A DNA stretch of 62,635 nt, from IMG/VR virus record IMGVR_UViG_3300048858_000128, positions 1 through 62,635 of that record; one strand, written 5' to 3'. The position numbers were made by a program, and so were the translations under genes. Each line of letters starts with the position of its first letter. Position 1 is the stretch's first letter. Positions 18,067 to 27,264 of the stretch are shown one piece after another. The notes beneath the pieces are model-generated. The model saw only the letters and a list, made by a program, of their open reading frames with translations. It was not told where the DNA came from and did not search any database. Source of the DNA: a virus. Lineage: Duplodnaviria > Caudoviricetes.

Positions 18067-18258
18067 TCAATGCCGCACGAGCACCCGCACTTCGTGTTCC
18101 GCGGCGTAGAAGAAGGGCTCCGACCGGTTCATGGACACGCACAGCGGAACCCCGTCCTCGTCGAACAGCACCCAGAACTCCCTCCCCTCCTGCAACTGCG
18201 GGCGGATGTAGCCGATAGTCTCCGGCCACTCACCACCCGGATCATCGCCGTTGATCAA
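18067..18258 (-). CDS. DUF1150-like small protein
   Basis: VLFDEDGVPL...R..FFYAAEHE...VRH C-terminal pattern. Confidence 0.55.
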   Translation of the reverse strand: MINGDDPGGEWPETIGYIRPQLQEGREFWVLFDEDGVPLCVSMNRSEPFFYAAEHEVRVLVRH

Positions 18259-21200
18259 TAAACCCGCTCCGGCAATTGCTTCCTGAGCTGCTGCCCCAGC
18301 GCCTCGTTCTGGATCAGCGCACCGTCCTCACGCTTGACCCTGTTCTTCGCCCGGGTAGAGAGCGATCGCTTCAACGTCTCGCTGGTGATCGCGACCGGCC
18401 TGTGGGCGGGATTGGTATTGAACTTCCTGATTTCCTCAAAGGCGGCGGCCCGTGCCTCCGGATCCTTGTCTTCAACGGCTTTCGCGAACGAATTGATCGC
18501 CGATCGCCTGGCGTCATTGATCTTCGCCTCGGCATTCTTCAGGGCGCTTGCGCGATCGTATGTCTCCGAAATCTTCGCCGGTGTGAACCCAAGGCTCTGG
18601 CTGATCAGATTGCTGGTTGAAAGTTCACCCGGAGCCACGACCTCGTCGCCGGCACGAGTGGTCACGCCATCCCATGCGAAGCGCCATGTTTTCATCAGAT
18701 CGCGAACCGCCTTTGGAGCAGCGATCTCAATCCCGCGAGCGACACTGCTATCGTCCGTGGTGACCTTATAGGCCTCGAACATGCTGCCTATCATGCTCAC
18801 ACCAGCACCCAGGGAGTTGAGGACGTAATATTCCCACTCGGCCTTTCCTTCGAGATCCCTGTCAGGACTTCTAAACCAGAGATCTGGCATTCCGATCCGC
18901 GCCGTCAGGTCGATGCCGAGATAATGGCCAGGAGCTCCGTAAAGGAAAATGCCGCCCAACTCCGGGCCGAGCGTCCTGATCACGCCAGCCTTGAATCGAT
19001 CTTCCATCGACATTGGATCGTCGTCGTCGCCGAAGATGCCGGATAGCAGGCTGGCGGCCGCCATCGCCAGCCCATACCCCACGGTACCTGTTGCCCCTGC
19101 CATCAGTCCCATCATGCCGACGGTGCCGGCGAGCTGCGTCACCGCTTCACGCCTGGCCTGGCGGCTTTCGCCCTTCACCGCCTGATGAACGTCCCGGAAG
19201 AGCCTGTAGAGCATGTTCACCTGGTACGACCTAAACATCAGCGTAAACTTGAACTCGGGGCGCTGCATGATCCGTGGGCGAGAGCTGTTGGTCATGTCAA
19301 AATGCGTAGAATAGGTCCGCTCATGGGCGACGTTGATAGCGTCGAGATGATCATAGCCGGCATCCCGCGCCAGCCGATAAGCAGCCAGGGCTGTAACGGA
19401 CCGGTTAAACACCTCGACGTTATGGAAGCCCCAGCTCGCCGCTCTCATCACCTTGGCCCGTATCGGATCGTAGGTGGTGCCTGTTTCTGAAACGGCAGCG
19501 AGATCGTGGCTCTGGGTCCGATCGATTAAGCCGGATTCGTAGAACGCATCCATCGCTGCCTTCTCTTCGCGCGACAGGCCGCCTTTCTTCAAGTCTCCCC
19601 TGCCCACCGCAAATTCCCGGGAAGCTGTCAGCAACGCTGCAGCCGATTTTCCTATCCCGAACTTCGCGCCGAGCAGTGGCACCCCCATCATCCAGGTCTG
19701 GGAGGCGTTCACGATGGCAGCAGCGGGGCTGAAGCCCATGTACCAGATGAAGGCGGCGCTGTTGGCGTAGTTCACGAAGGCGTTGCCGCCCGGGTTTCTG
19801 ACCCACTTGTCCCGAAGATTCAACTCATTGACCAGAGCCATTTCCCGGGTGTTGTCCTCGAAATCCTTGGCCTGCTCTTCTGCGCGGTTGACGTTCTCCT
19901 GGAGCTCAAGCCCGTATTTCAGACGGCCCATCTGGTGAGCGCCGTGGAACATGGCGCTGCCGAAGGCCCGAAAAGCGTCCTTGTTGAAGCCGGCAATGCC
20001 TTTGCGGTGAATGAAGCGCTTCCGCATGGACAGGTCAGGGAAGGTCGTTAGCCAACGCTGATAAAGAGCGTCGCGCACGTCGTCACCAACTCCTGAATCG
20101 GCGAGGAGCCTCTCGATGTCGCCGACAACACGGGGATCCATCACCTTACGGATCTCGCCGTTCTTCGACATGCGGCCGGTCTCAATTTCGGCACCGTTGA
20201 TCTCTCGAGAGACCTCCTTCAAGACACGATTGGCATCCGCCTTGGTCTCATGTCGGGAAAAATGCAGGACGTCGCTGCCGGTAATCTTTCCGTCGGCGTC
20301 GCGGATCGGTCGCCGGGCGGTGACGTAGTAATCTCCGAAGCGCGATAGGGGGAAATATGGGGGGGCGACACGGTTGCTCTCGAATTGCTGGCGCAGCCGC
20401 GTCATGCGCGCCTTCGATGCCCACTGTCCCTTGGTCCGTTCAGCCTTGTATTTGCTGGCCGCGTTCTCTTCAGCCCGCCGCCGGGCGACAGGATCGATGG
20501 CGCTCGCGGCGATATCAGCCAGTTCCTCTTTGTAACGCCGCTCGGCATGCTGCGCGGCCAGCTCCTGCGCCTTCCGAACATTGTCGAGCAGCAGTTCGTC
20601 GAGCTCGTCGGCCTGCTCGCGATAGGCATCCCGCACGCCTTGGAAAAGCTCGCGGCCAACGGGCGGCAACGCGGTGAATTTTTTCCGGAGCGCCTGATAG
20701 CCAGATTTGGCCTTCTCTTCATCAGTGGTCAACGATGGATCGATCCCAGCCAAGGTGGCTTCGTGCATCAGGTCGGCCAGTTCTGCGGCCCGTGACTTAT
20801 CCACCAGCGCGGCACCGACACCGTAGCCTCGCCGGTAGCCGAGACTGATGTATTTCCGCCAACGGTCGGCGAGCGCCGCTGCAGCGTCATGCTTCTTGCC
20901 GCGGTAGGCATCCATCTTGCGTTTCACGAGGAGGTAATCCGAAATAGCCGGGATCTTGTCGCCGGCGAGTTCGGGGAAGTAATTGAGGGGAACAGCAGCG
21001 AGGAGACCGGGCTGCGCGTCGTGGAACTTGCCAGATAGGGCATCCTTCACCCGACCGACAATATTTTCCTTCGTCGCGGCAGCGGGCGCGAAGTCGCGGT
21101 CTACTTCTTTCCAGAGGCGCTTTTCTGCCTGATCATCTCGCGCGCCTCCTTCAGATAAGCCGTCCTTTCCGGATCCGGCTCCCAGTTGCTGACGGACTTC

Positions 21201-24200
21201 TCCCACTCCTTCCACTGCTCGAGTGGAGCCCACTCCGTCGGTGGATCGACGAACCCGCGCACTTGATTTTCCGCCATCACTGTACTCCTTCGCCAAGCCG
21301 AGCGCGGCGCGATCAATGGCTTCCTTCAGCCCTTTGATCTCGGCAGGATCATATGCCGCATCAGATTTCATGTCGATGATGCCGGCCCGCGCGGCGAGCA
21401 GGCTTGGAATATGCCGAGCCGCAATATCCGCACCCTCCGGATCGATCCGCCGGGCCCGTTCTGCGGCCCTCACAACATCCTTTGGGGACATAGCCGCGGT
21501 CTCAAGAGCGGCCTGCAGTTCACGCGCTGAGGTGCCGGAACCTCCGTCTGTTATCCTGGCACGGGCGACCGGCGTCAGAGCCGCTCGCGCTGATGAGCCG
21601 TTGTGCCCGAATGCCCAGACCGAGTGGACGCCCGGCATGGAGAGAAGGCCGATGTCTGGTGCGCTCAGCGGCCCGTTCCGAGGATGATTGTGGAACATGA
21701 CAAGCCGCCGGTCCGGATTCGACATCGCCGAGAAGAGCCTGTCGTTCATGCCGGTATAGCTGGGATCGCCTGCCGTGCCGTAGCTCACGACGGTACCATC
21801 GGCATCGACAGCCATGAGATACTCGTGACCCTTCTGTTTTCCGGCGGTAACCACGCTGTCCCTCGCCCAATCATTGAGGCGCACGCCTTCTGGCCGTGCC
21901 GGCGGGTCTAGTTCCCTCAGATCGTTGCGCGTCACTCTGATCTTGGGATCAGGCCGGCGCTGATCAGGGCTCGTGGCCGAGGCGTCTTCGTACGGCTCGG
22001 CAAAACCGTTCTCCTCGGCAGGAGGCAGGGCCGGAGCCTTCCGGGATTCGACTTCCGCGGATTGCGGTGCTATCGTTTCTTCTGCTCGTGGCGGGGTTGG
22101 CGCAGCCTGGTCGCCCCACAAGTCGCTGAGACGGCGTGAACTTCTTTCAGTGCGCCGCGAGCCCTTTTCGAAAGCAGTCAGCAGCCAGGTTTTCGCGGTA
22201 CCGTCAAAATCAAGACGAATACCGGCATTGCCGCTTTCGTCACGGAGCTGGATGCGTTTGGTGGTACTGCGATCTTTATCAACGTGAAGCCGATTGATGA
22301 AACCCTGGAGATCGCCAAGCACCTCCGGGTGCCAGGCCAAAAGCTTGGCCAGACCCGCCCCGTTGCTCGCGTTTGTGCCGGCGTTGCCCCAGACGAGATC
22401 AATCGGTCCCACGTCAGGATGGTTGAGAGCGCCGATGGCATCGCCAGTCTGCCTCTTCTCGAGCTCTAACGCTGCCTCTCTCCACCTGCCTTCGAAGCCC
22501 CGAAGAATGGGGCCGAAGGGGCCCGAAGCCACTTCCTCTTCAGACGTCGTTTCAAGAGCGACCGAAGAAGGTTTTATAGGTGAAGCGTCGTTGTCTAGAC
22601 CGTCTGCCGGTTCTTCAAGGCCGCCAGGAGACGAAGATTTCCGGCTATCCTCCGCATCTCCTGAGCGTCCGTTTCGCTCACCGTCTCCGCCCTCTTCAAC
22701 CAGGCCTCTGACCGGCTCTTGAGTTCCTGCGAGCTCGTCGCCGAAGAATGGGATACTGCTTTGTTTTCCATCAACAACGGGCTCCGGTGGACGATCGCTG
22801 AGGCTAGCTTCAAATTTAGCTTCGTCCTCTAGTACGGCACGGTCGAACGCATCTAGCGGCGACAGATCTTCTTCTACCATGTACTCCGCTGCGCGAGCAA
22901 GAACGGCCTCATCGACCGCGAAGTCGCCGCCTAAGTCGCTCAAGGTCGCCGCGATCTCACGCACAAATCGTTGATAGTCTGCTCGGCCGGCCAACTGAGC
23001 CTCGTACTCTTCCGAAGCCCGCAGTAGATCAGAATCGGCTAGTGAATACGCTTTTCCGCCACGGGCTTCTTGATCGATGAGGTCGAGTAGATCTCTCACG
23101 GTGCTTTTCGCGGTCGCATCGTCAGCGGTGCCATAGAGATGATCAAAGTAACCCGCCTGAGCCGCAGCTTCGCGTGCTTTATCCAGCGGTACTCCGCCTG
23201 ACCTGACTAGGGCTCCTCGTCCCGGCACAAACCTCCGCTTGAGGCCCATGTGTGCCAGTTCACCACCGTCGTCCCTCAGTCCGCCCTCTGCGGCAAGGAA
23301 ATCGAAGAGGCTCTGGGGGCGCCGAGCGCGCTTAGCTATTCGGGGTTTCGACGATCGCGTACCAGGACGCTCTCCAGCAAAGCGTGCATTCGTCGTTTTG
23401 TCCCTCGAACCATCGGCCATTTTTGAGAACGGCTCTGTGGTTTTGCCCGACTTCAGCCAGGCCTTGAAATCGCCCATCGTGGTCGGGCTGACATCGCCAA
23501 GCCCCTTCCACCCGGCGGTGTAGTTTTCGAGATATGCCGCCCGCGCAGCAGCTTCCGTGTCGAAGCCTATCATCACCTTGTGCTCGTCAAACCGGCCGTT
23601 GGCGCTGCGTTGATCGACGACGAACACAGGTGCGCTGTCGTCGAGCTCGGGCGTGCCCGGACGGATGAAGGTGTCGATGTGGTCTTTGTCGCGGCCGACG
23701 GTGCCGCGGATGTAGCCGTAGTGGCTGCGCATCTTCACCGACCACGGCTTGCCGCTCGAATCTGTGCCTTTCCGCTCGGAGCCGGCTGGGTTCTCGATCG
23801 AGAGATCGAGACCAGCGAGGCGCATGCGGCCAACCTTGTAGTTTCCAGCCTCCTTCTGCGCCTGCGTCGGCTCCGGCAGATCATTGGTCGGCGACGTCGC
23901 AGCATCGTGGACGGCGAAGTCCGCGCCCACTTCGCTGGTGTCCCGCGCCGGCCGGGTAGCAGCCAGCTTGTTCCGGATCGCCGGCGTGAGGTGCTGCCAC
24001 ATCACGCGCTCGGAGCGCTTCACGCCCGCCTGGTCAAGAACCTGCTTGCGGCCCTGCGCGGTCAGCTCGACGTCCCACCAGTGCGACAGATCGTCGGCCC
24101 TGTCCGTCGCCTCCGGCTGCTGCTTTGCAAGCTCGTTTTGCCACTGGCGGAGACGACGCTCGTTGACCGGGGGCATTTTCACAGGGAGCTTCGACCGGGC

Positions 24201-27200
24201 TTCCTTGCCTGCCCGTTCGACTCGGTACCGGTAATCGTCCGCCATCGCGCCGAGTGCCGTGGTGGTTACGCCGAACTCCCGCGCGAGCCGCTTGAGCTCC
24301 GGGTTATCGACGCTCTCCATATCGAGCTGGGAGGCGCCGAGCGTCTTCTTCGACACGAACCGCTCACGGGCAAGGTCGAACAGCCGAGCGTGCTTCTCGT
24401 CCGGCAGCTCGACGGTCTTGTCGCCAACGCGCCGGCGGGTCGGCGTCATCTCCGCCGCCTCACGCTCTACAGGGGGGGTGCGCTTCAGTTCGTCAGCTTC
24501 GACCTGCTTTTCGGTCTGATTGCTGATGAACAGGCTATCCGCCGGCACCTGGTATTCCCTGCCGGCTTCATCTTTGACGACGGCTTCCTGCCCGCCATCG
24601 GTCCATGTGCTGATCGTGGCCGCGAACCGGCCGCCGTTCTTGTCGTCGACAATGACGCGCTGCCCTGCTTCGGGCGCCGTCGGGAACCGTTCGGTGGCCG
24701 GCTTCTGCTGATCGCGCGGAGGAAGTCCCTCACTGGTGACTTCCGTCCCGATCGGCGCCAACGGTTCAAGCGCCGGATCATTCGAGAACTCGGGCAGGCT
24801 GTCGTCGATCGGCACCGGGCCGACGTCGCGCGGGTTTTCACGCTCGATAGTCTCGGCAGATTTGGCAATCTGGGTCAGATTGCCGATCGGGATCTGGTAG
24901 ATTTCGCCGCTGCCGCTGTCGATCACAACGGCCTCGTCGCCCTCGTAGCCATCGATCCGGCCCATGAAGGGCTCGATACCGTCGGCATCTATGCGCACCG
25001 TCGCGCCCACCTCGGGGCGGCCGTCGGTCGGCGCCGGCGCCGCGGGTGCCACCTGTGGGGTTCTCACGGCGATGGCCTCATCGGCACGCTGGACAGCGCG
25101 GCTGATTGGCCCGGCTGGCTGGGGCGCCGGTGCCGCGGTACCGGGATCAACGCCCGGGATGGATTCGGGGGAGGCTGGACGCGCTGCGCCGCCCGCTCCG
25201 CCCATGGCACCGCCCATCGCGCCGCCTGCTGCGATGCCCGATGCTACTGCCTCCCCCACGCCCTCTGTCAGGGATTGGTTCGGATCAACCCTCTGAACAG
25301 CGGCGTTCTCCGAAATTGCCTGCGCGGCACCTTGGGGCGCCTCTTCCAGGATGCCCTCTGCGACGGCACCGCGGACGCCACCGGCCACAATACGACGCGC
25401 GACGCCACCGCCGACACCTTCGGCGATGATCTTCGCCAGCGCCCGGTCACCCAAGCCGCCGAACATGCCGGTGGCCACGCCCGAGATAAGGAACGCCTGG
25501 CTCGCTGCATCTTCGCTGACGGCCTTGATCGCGTCGCCTTCGGACATGCCGCCTTCGATCATGGACCTGACGGCATCGGACTGCATGAGCTGGTCGCGCG
25601 GCAGAGCAGCGATGCGATCGCGGACGTTCTTCGCCGAATCGCCGGCCGCCATGCCGCCTTCGAGGATCGCGCCGCTGAGTGTGGCGGTGCGGGCAGCCGT
25701 AGCGGCCGCGGCTCTCTGCGTTGCGCCGCCGGCGATCGCCCTGACGTATGCGCCTCGAGCGAGGATGCCGCCGGGCAGCATCGTAACGACGGTACCGGGC
25801 GCGCTCTCGCCGACGGCGCGCAGATAGCTGCGGGGGTCGCGCCAGGCTGGACCAAACCAGCCGCGATCCTCGTCCCACCAGTTTTTGGCGTCCGCATCGG
25901 CCTGTGCTGGCGTGACGGATGCGCGGGCTGCCGTGTCCGCATTCTCCATCTTCTTGTCGAGCGTGTTACCCAACACCCAGCGGTCGATGTCGTCGGAAGC
26001 CTTGAGGAAGGTCTCGCCGCCGGGAAGCCTGCTGAACACGGTATCAGCGATCGAGGAGAGGGACTGGCCGATTCCGATGACACCGGATTTCAGGATGCGG
26101 CCCGTATCGCCGAGCACGCCGGACGAGCGGTTCGCTTCCTCCCACCTCGCTTGCCAGTCTGGCAGCTGGTCCTCGTCGATGGTCTGGTACCGGCCGGGGT
26201 TCTCCGCCTCGAGCACCGCGGCGCGCTGACCGACGTCGTCGTTATGCCGTTCGGTGAAGGCGTTGTTCCGGTTCTCTTCGAACTGGTTGGCAACCGCTTC
26301 CTTGGTGGCTGCGGCCTTCGCGGCCTGCTCGGCGGCCATCGTGGCGAATGGGTTTTCGGCGGTGCCGAAGACACCTAGGCCGTCGGCGGGCTTGAACGTC
26401 TCATCTATAACAATCGAACCGGCGCCTGCCGATCCACTCGATGAAGCCCTTGCACGGGAGTTCGGCGCGGAAACGATCGGGTCAACATAGGCCGTGGCCG
26501 CCGAACTGGGCGTTTCCCCCTGCCGTACAACGCCGCCGACGATCTCCCGCCCTGGTCGGAAGCCCTCAACACGCTCCATCGCGTCAAGGACGGCGACCCG
26601 TTGCCGGGCACTGAGCTCTGCCAGCGGGGTATCGATGCTGACGCCCGCGGCGGTCGCGACGGACGAGGCGTAGGAGTCGGTATTGTTTTCGCTCGGCGGG
26701 GCATACCGCGAAATGGCCTGATAGATCGTCTTGTCCCGATAGCCCTTGCTGTCGAATAACAGGCTCTCCTTCGCGCGCCGGCCTGCCTCATAGGTTGGGA
26801 AGACGGCGAACCGTCCGTCCGTGCCGATAGCGCCCAAGCCCTTTGCAAACTGCCCGTACTCAATGTTGCCGGGGTTGTTGTTGCGCCACGCACGGGTGCC
26901 CTTACGCCTGATAACCTCGCCGTCGGCGCCGACGACTTCGGTCCAGCCTTTTCCAGCCGCGACAACCGTTGAGTACCCAGCGGTGTTTACCTCCGGGGTT
27001 TCCGGCTTCAAGATCGCATCAAAGGGACTTTCCCGGGCCGGCTCTGTGGTGACTTCTGAACTCTGGTCCGCCGGGCGGGTGCGAGGCGCCGCGTCAACCG
27101 AAGGGCTCTCTACGGGCTTTGCCGTCGCCTCCGCTGCATCAGACGCGGCCGAGGACGTGGCTGGATTAATCCCAACAGCCTTTTCGCTCGAAGCCTTGTC

Positions 27201-27263
27201 GCCGAACAGGTTCAGCGGGTCTTTGAGGTCGAAATCTTTGCCGAGGCCGATGATGATGGGCAT
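18255..27263 (-). CDS. Giant polyvalent / DarB-like virion protein (3002 aa): lysozyme-like, inorganic-pyrophosphatase-like, PBECR-type RNase, JAB-like and PLxRFG regions
   Basis: WRNNNPGNI (~26850-26890); GNYK...IENPAGSER..HYGYIRGT.G.DKDHID (~23430-23900); IDLVWG...GLAKL...WLLTAFE (~22165-22520); HE...HNHP...S.PD (~21580-21870); YFPLSRFG (~20340); AAGGAG RBS. Confidence 0.88.
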   Translation of the reverse strand: MPIIIGLGKDFDLKDPLNLFGDKASSEKAVGINPATSSAASDAAEATAKPVESPSVDAAPRTRPADQSSEVTTEPARESPFDAILKPETPEVNTAGYSTVVAAGKGWTEVVGADGEVIRRKGTRAWRNNNPGNIEYGQFAKGLGAIGTDGRFAVFPTYEAGRRAKESLLFDSKGYRDKTIYQAISRYAPPSENNTDSYASSVATAAGVSIDTPLAELSARQRVAVLDAMERVEGFRPGREIVGGVVRQGETPSSAATAYVDPIVSAPNSRARASSSGSAGAGSIVIDETFKPADGLGVFGTAENPFATMAAEQAAKAAATKEAVANQFEENRNNAFTERHNDDVGQRAAVLEAENPGRYQTIDEDQLPDWQARWEEANRSSGVLGDTGRILKSGVIGIGQSLSSIADTVFSRLPGGETFLKASDDIDRWVLGNTLDKKMENADTAARASVTPAQADADAKNWWDEDRGWFGPAWRDPRSYLRAVGESAPGTVVTMLPGGILARGAYVRAIAGGATQRAAAATAARTATLSGAILEGGMAAGDSAKNVRDRIAALPRDQLMQSDAVRSMIEGGMSEGDAIKAVSEDAASQAFLISGVATGMFGGLGDRALAKIIAEGVGGGVARRIVAGGVRGAVAEGILEEAPQGAAQAISENAAVQRVDPNQSLTEGVGEAVASGIAAGGAMGGAMGGAGGAARPASPESIPGVDPGTAAPAPQPAGPISRAVQRADEAIAVRTPQVAPAAPAPTDGRPEVGATVRIDADGIEPFMGRIDGYEGDEAVVIDSGSGEIYQIPIGNLTQIAKSAETIERENPRDVGPVPIDDSLPEFSNDPALEPLAPIGTEVTSEGLPPRDQQKPATERFPTAPEAGQRVIVDDKNGGRFAATISTWTDGGQEAVVKDEAGREYQVPADSLFISNQTEKQVEADELKRTPPVEREAAEMTPTRRRVGDKTVELPDEKHARLFDLARERFVSKKTLGASQLDMESVDNPELKRLAREFGVTTTALGAMADDYRYRVERAGKEARSKLPVKMPPVNERRLRQWQNELAKQQPEATDRADDLSHWWDVELTAQGRKQVLDQAGVKRSERVMWQHLTPAIRNKLAATRPARDTSEVGADFAVHDAATSPTNDLPEPTQAQKEAGNYKVGRMRLAGLDLSIENPAGSERKGTDSSGKPWSVKMRSHYGYIRGTVGRDKDHIDTFIRPGTPELDDSAPVFVVDQRSANGRFDEHKVMIGFDTEAAARAAYLENYTAGWKGLGDVSPTTMGDFKAWLKSGKTTEPFSKMADGSRDKTTNARFAGERPGTRSSKPRIAKRARRPQSLFDFLAAEGGLRDDGGELAHMGLKRRFVPGRGALVRSGGVPLDKAREAAAQAGYFDHLYGTADDATAKSTVRDLLDLIDQEARGGKAYSLADSDLLRASEEYEAQLAGRADYQRFVREIAATLSDLGGDFAVDEAVLARAAEYMVEEDLSPLDAFDRAVLEDEAKFEASLSDRPPEPVVDGKQSSIPFFGDELAGTQEPVRGLVEEGGDGERNGRSGDAEDSRKSSSPGGLEEPADGLDNDASPIKPSSVALETTSEEEVASGPFGPILRGFEGRWREAALELEKRQTGDAIGALNHPDVGPIDLVWGNAGTNASNGAGLAKLLAWHPEVLGDLQGFINRLHVDKDRSTTKRIQLRDESGNAGIRLDFDGTAKTWLLTAFEKGSRRTERSSRRLSDLWGDQAAPTPPRAEETIAPQSAEVESRKAPALPPAEENGFAEPYEDASATSPDQRRPDPKIRVTRNDLRELDPPARPEGVRLNDWARDSVVTAGKQKGHEYLMAVDADGTVVSYGTAGDPSYTGMNDRLFSAMSNPDRRLVMFHNHPRNGPLSAPDIGLLSMPGVHSVWAFGHNGSSARAALTPVARARITDGGSGTSARELQAALETAAMSPKDVVRAAERARRIDPEGADIAARHIPSLLAARAGIIDMKSDAAYDPAEIKGLKEAIDRAALGLAKEYSDGGKSSARVRRSTDGVGSTRAVEGVGEVRQQLGAGSGKDGLSEGGARDDQAEKRLWKEVDRDFAPAAATKENIVGRVKDALSGKFHDAQPGLLAAVPLNYFPELAGDKIPAISDYLLVKRKMDAYRGKKHDAAAALADRWRKYISLGYRRGYGVGAALVDKSRAAELADLMHEATLAGIDPSLTTDEEKAKSGYQALRKKFTALPPVGRELFQGVRDAYREQADELDELLLDNVRKAQELAAQHAERRYKEELADIAASAIDPVARRRAEENAASKYKAERTKGQWASKARMTRLRQQFESNRVAPPYFPLSRFGDYYVTARRPIRDADGKITGSDVLHFSRHETKADANRVLKEVSREINGAEIETGRMSKNGEIRKVMDPRVVGDIERLLADSGVGDDVRDALYQRWLTTFPDLSMRKRFIHRKGIAGFNKDAFRAFGSAMFHGAHQMGRLKYGLELQENVNRAEEQAKDFEDNTREMALVNELNLRDKWVRNPGGNAFVNYANSAAFIWYMGFSPAAAIVNASQTWMMGVPLLGAKFGIGKSAAALLTASREFAVGRGDLKKGGLSREEKAAMDAFYESGLIDRTQSHDLAAVSETGTTYDPIRAKVMRAASWGFHNVEVFNRSVTALAAYRLARDAGYDHLDAINVAHERTYSTHFDMTNSSRPRIMQRPEFKFTLMFRSYQVNMLYRLFRDVHQAVKGESRQARREAVTQLAGTVGMMGLMAGATGTVGYGLAMAAASLLSGIFGDDDDPMSMEDRFKAGVIRTLGPELGGIFLYGAPGHYLGIDLTARIGMPDLWFRSPDRDLEGKAEWEYYVLNSLGAGVSMIGSMFEAYKVTTDDSSVARGIEIAAPKAVRDLMKTWRFAWDGVTTRAGDEVVAPGELSTSNLISQSLGFTPAKISETYDRASALKNAEAKINDARRSAINSFAKAVEDKDPEARAAAFEEIRKFNTNPAHRPVAITSETLKRSLSTRAKNRVKREDGALIQNEALGQQLRKQLPERVY
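21101..21277 (-). CDS. Nested 58-aa gene in the +1 frame of the giant gene (candidate immunity protein for the JAB-like domain)
   Basis: AAGGAG 7 nt before the ATG; globular-looking MAENQVRGFVDPPTEWAPLEQWKEWEK... while the host frame is a low-complexity linker. Confidence 0.7.
   Translation of the reverse strand: MAENQVRGFVDPPTEWAPLEQWKEWEKSVSNWEPDPERTAYLKEAREMIRQKSASGKK
22048..22076 (+). promoter_or_regulatory. Antisense sigma70-type promoter inside the giant gene
   Basis: TCGACT-N17-TATCGT with extended -10 TG (TGCTATCGT). Confidence 0.55.
22084..22168 (+). ncRNA. Predicted four-way-junction (tRNA-sized) antisense RNA
   Basis: 10-bp closing stem GCTCGTGGCG/CGCCGCGAGC, three internal hairpins, then CCTTTT; begins 7 nt after the -10 element. 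Confidence 0.5.
22595..22771 (-). CDS. Nested 58-aa helical gene in the +1 frame of the giant gene
   Basis: GGAG 10 nt before the ATG; amphipathic ELKSRSEAWLKRAE...EMRRIAGNLRLLAAL; host frame is a disordered linker. Confidence 0.55.
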   Translation of the reverse strand: MENKAVSHSSATSSQELKSRSEAWLKRAETVSETDAQEMRRIAGNLRLLAALKNRQTV

Positions 27264-27264
27264 G
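27208..27264. repeat. Direct repeat copy 1 (5' end of the giant gene)
   Basis: About 50/57 nt identical to 28659-28714. Confidence 0.85.

Noticed and set aside
23342-23403. Antisense hairpin (CGACGA...TCGTCG) after the pyrophosphatase-like domain, and a GCCGAG/CTCGGC stem near 21976-22001
   Set aside because: No convincing -35/-10 pair upstream, and short stems are common in GC-rich DNA; possible relics but unsupported.
23580-26378. 932-aa ORF antisense to the giant gene, and similar long antisense ORFs over the capsid, portal and terL genes
   Set aside because: Shadow frames expected from high-GC codon bias; no RBS or recognisable motifs.
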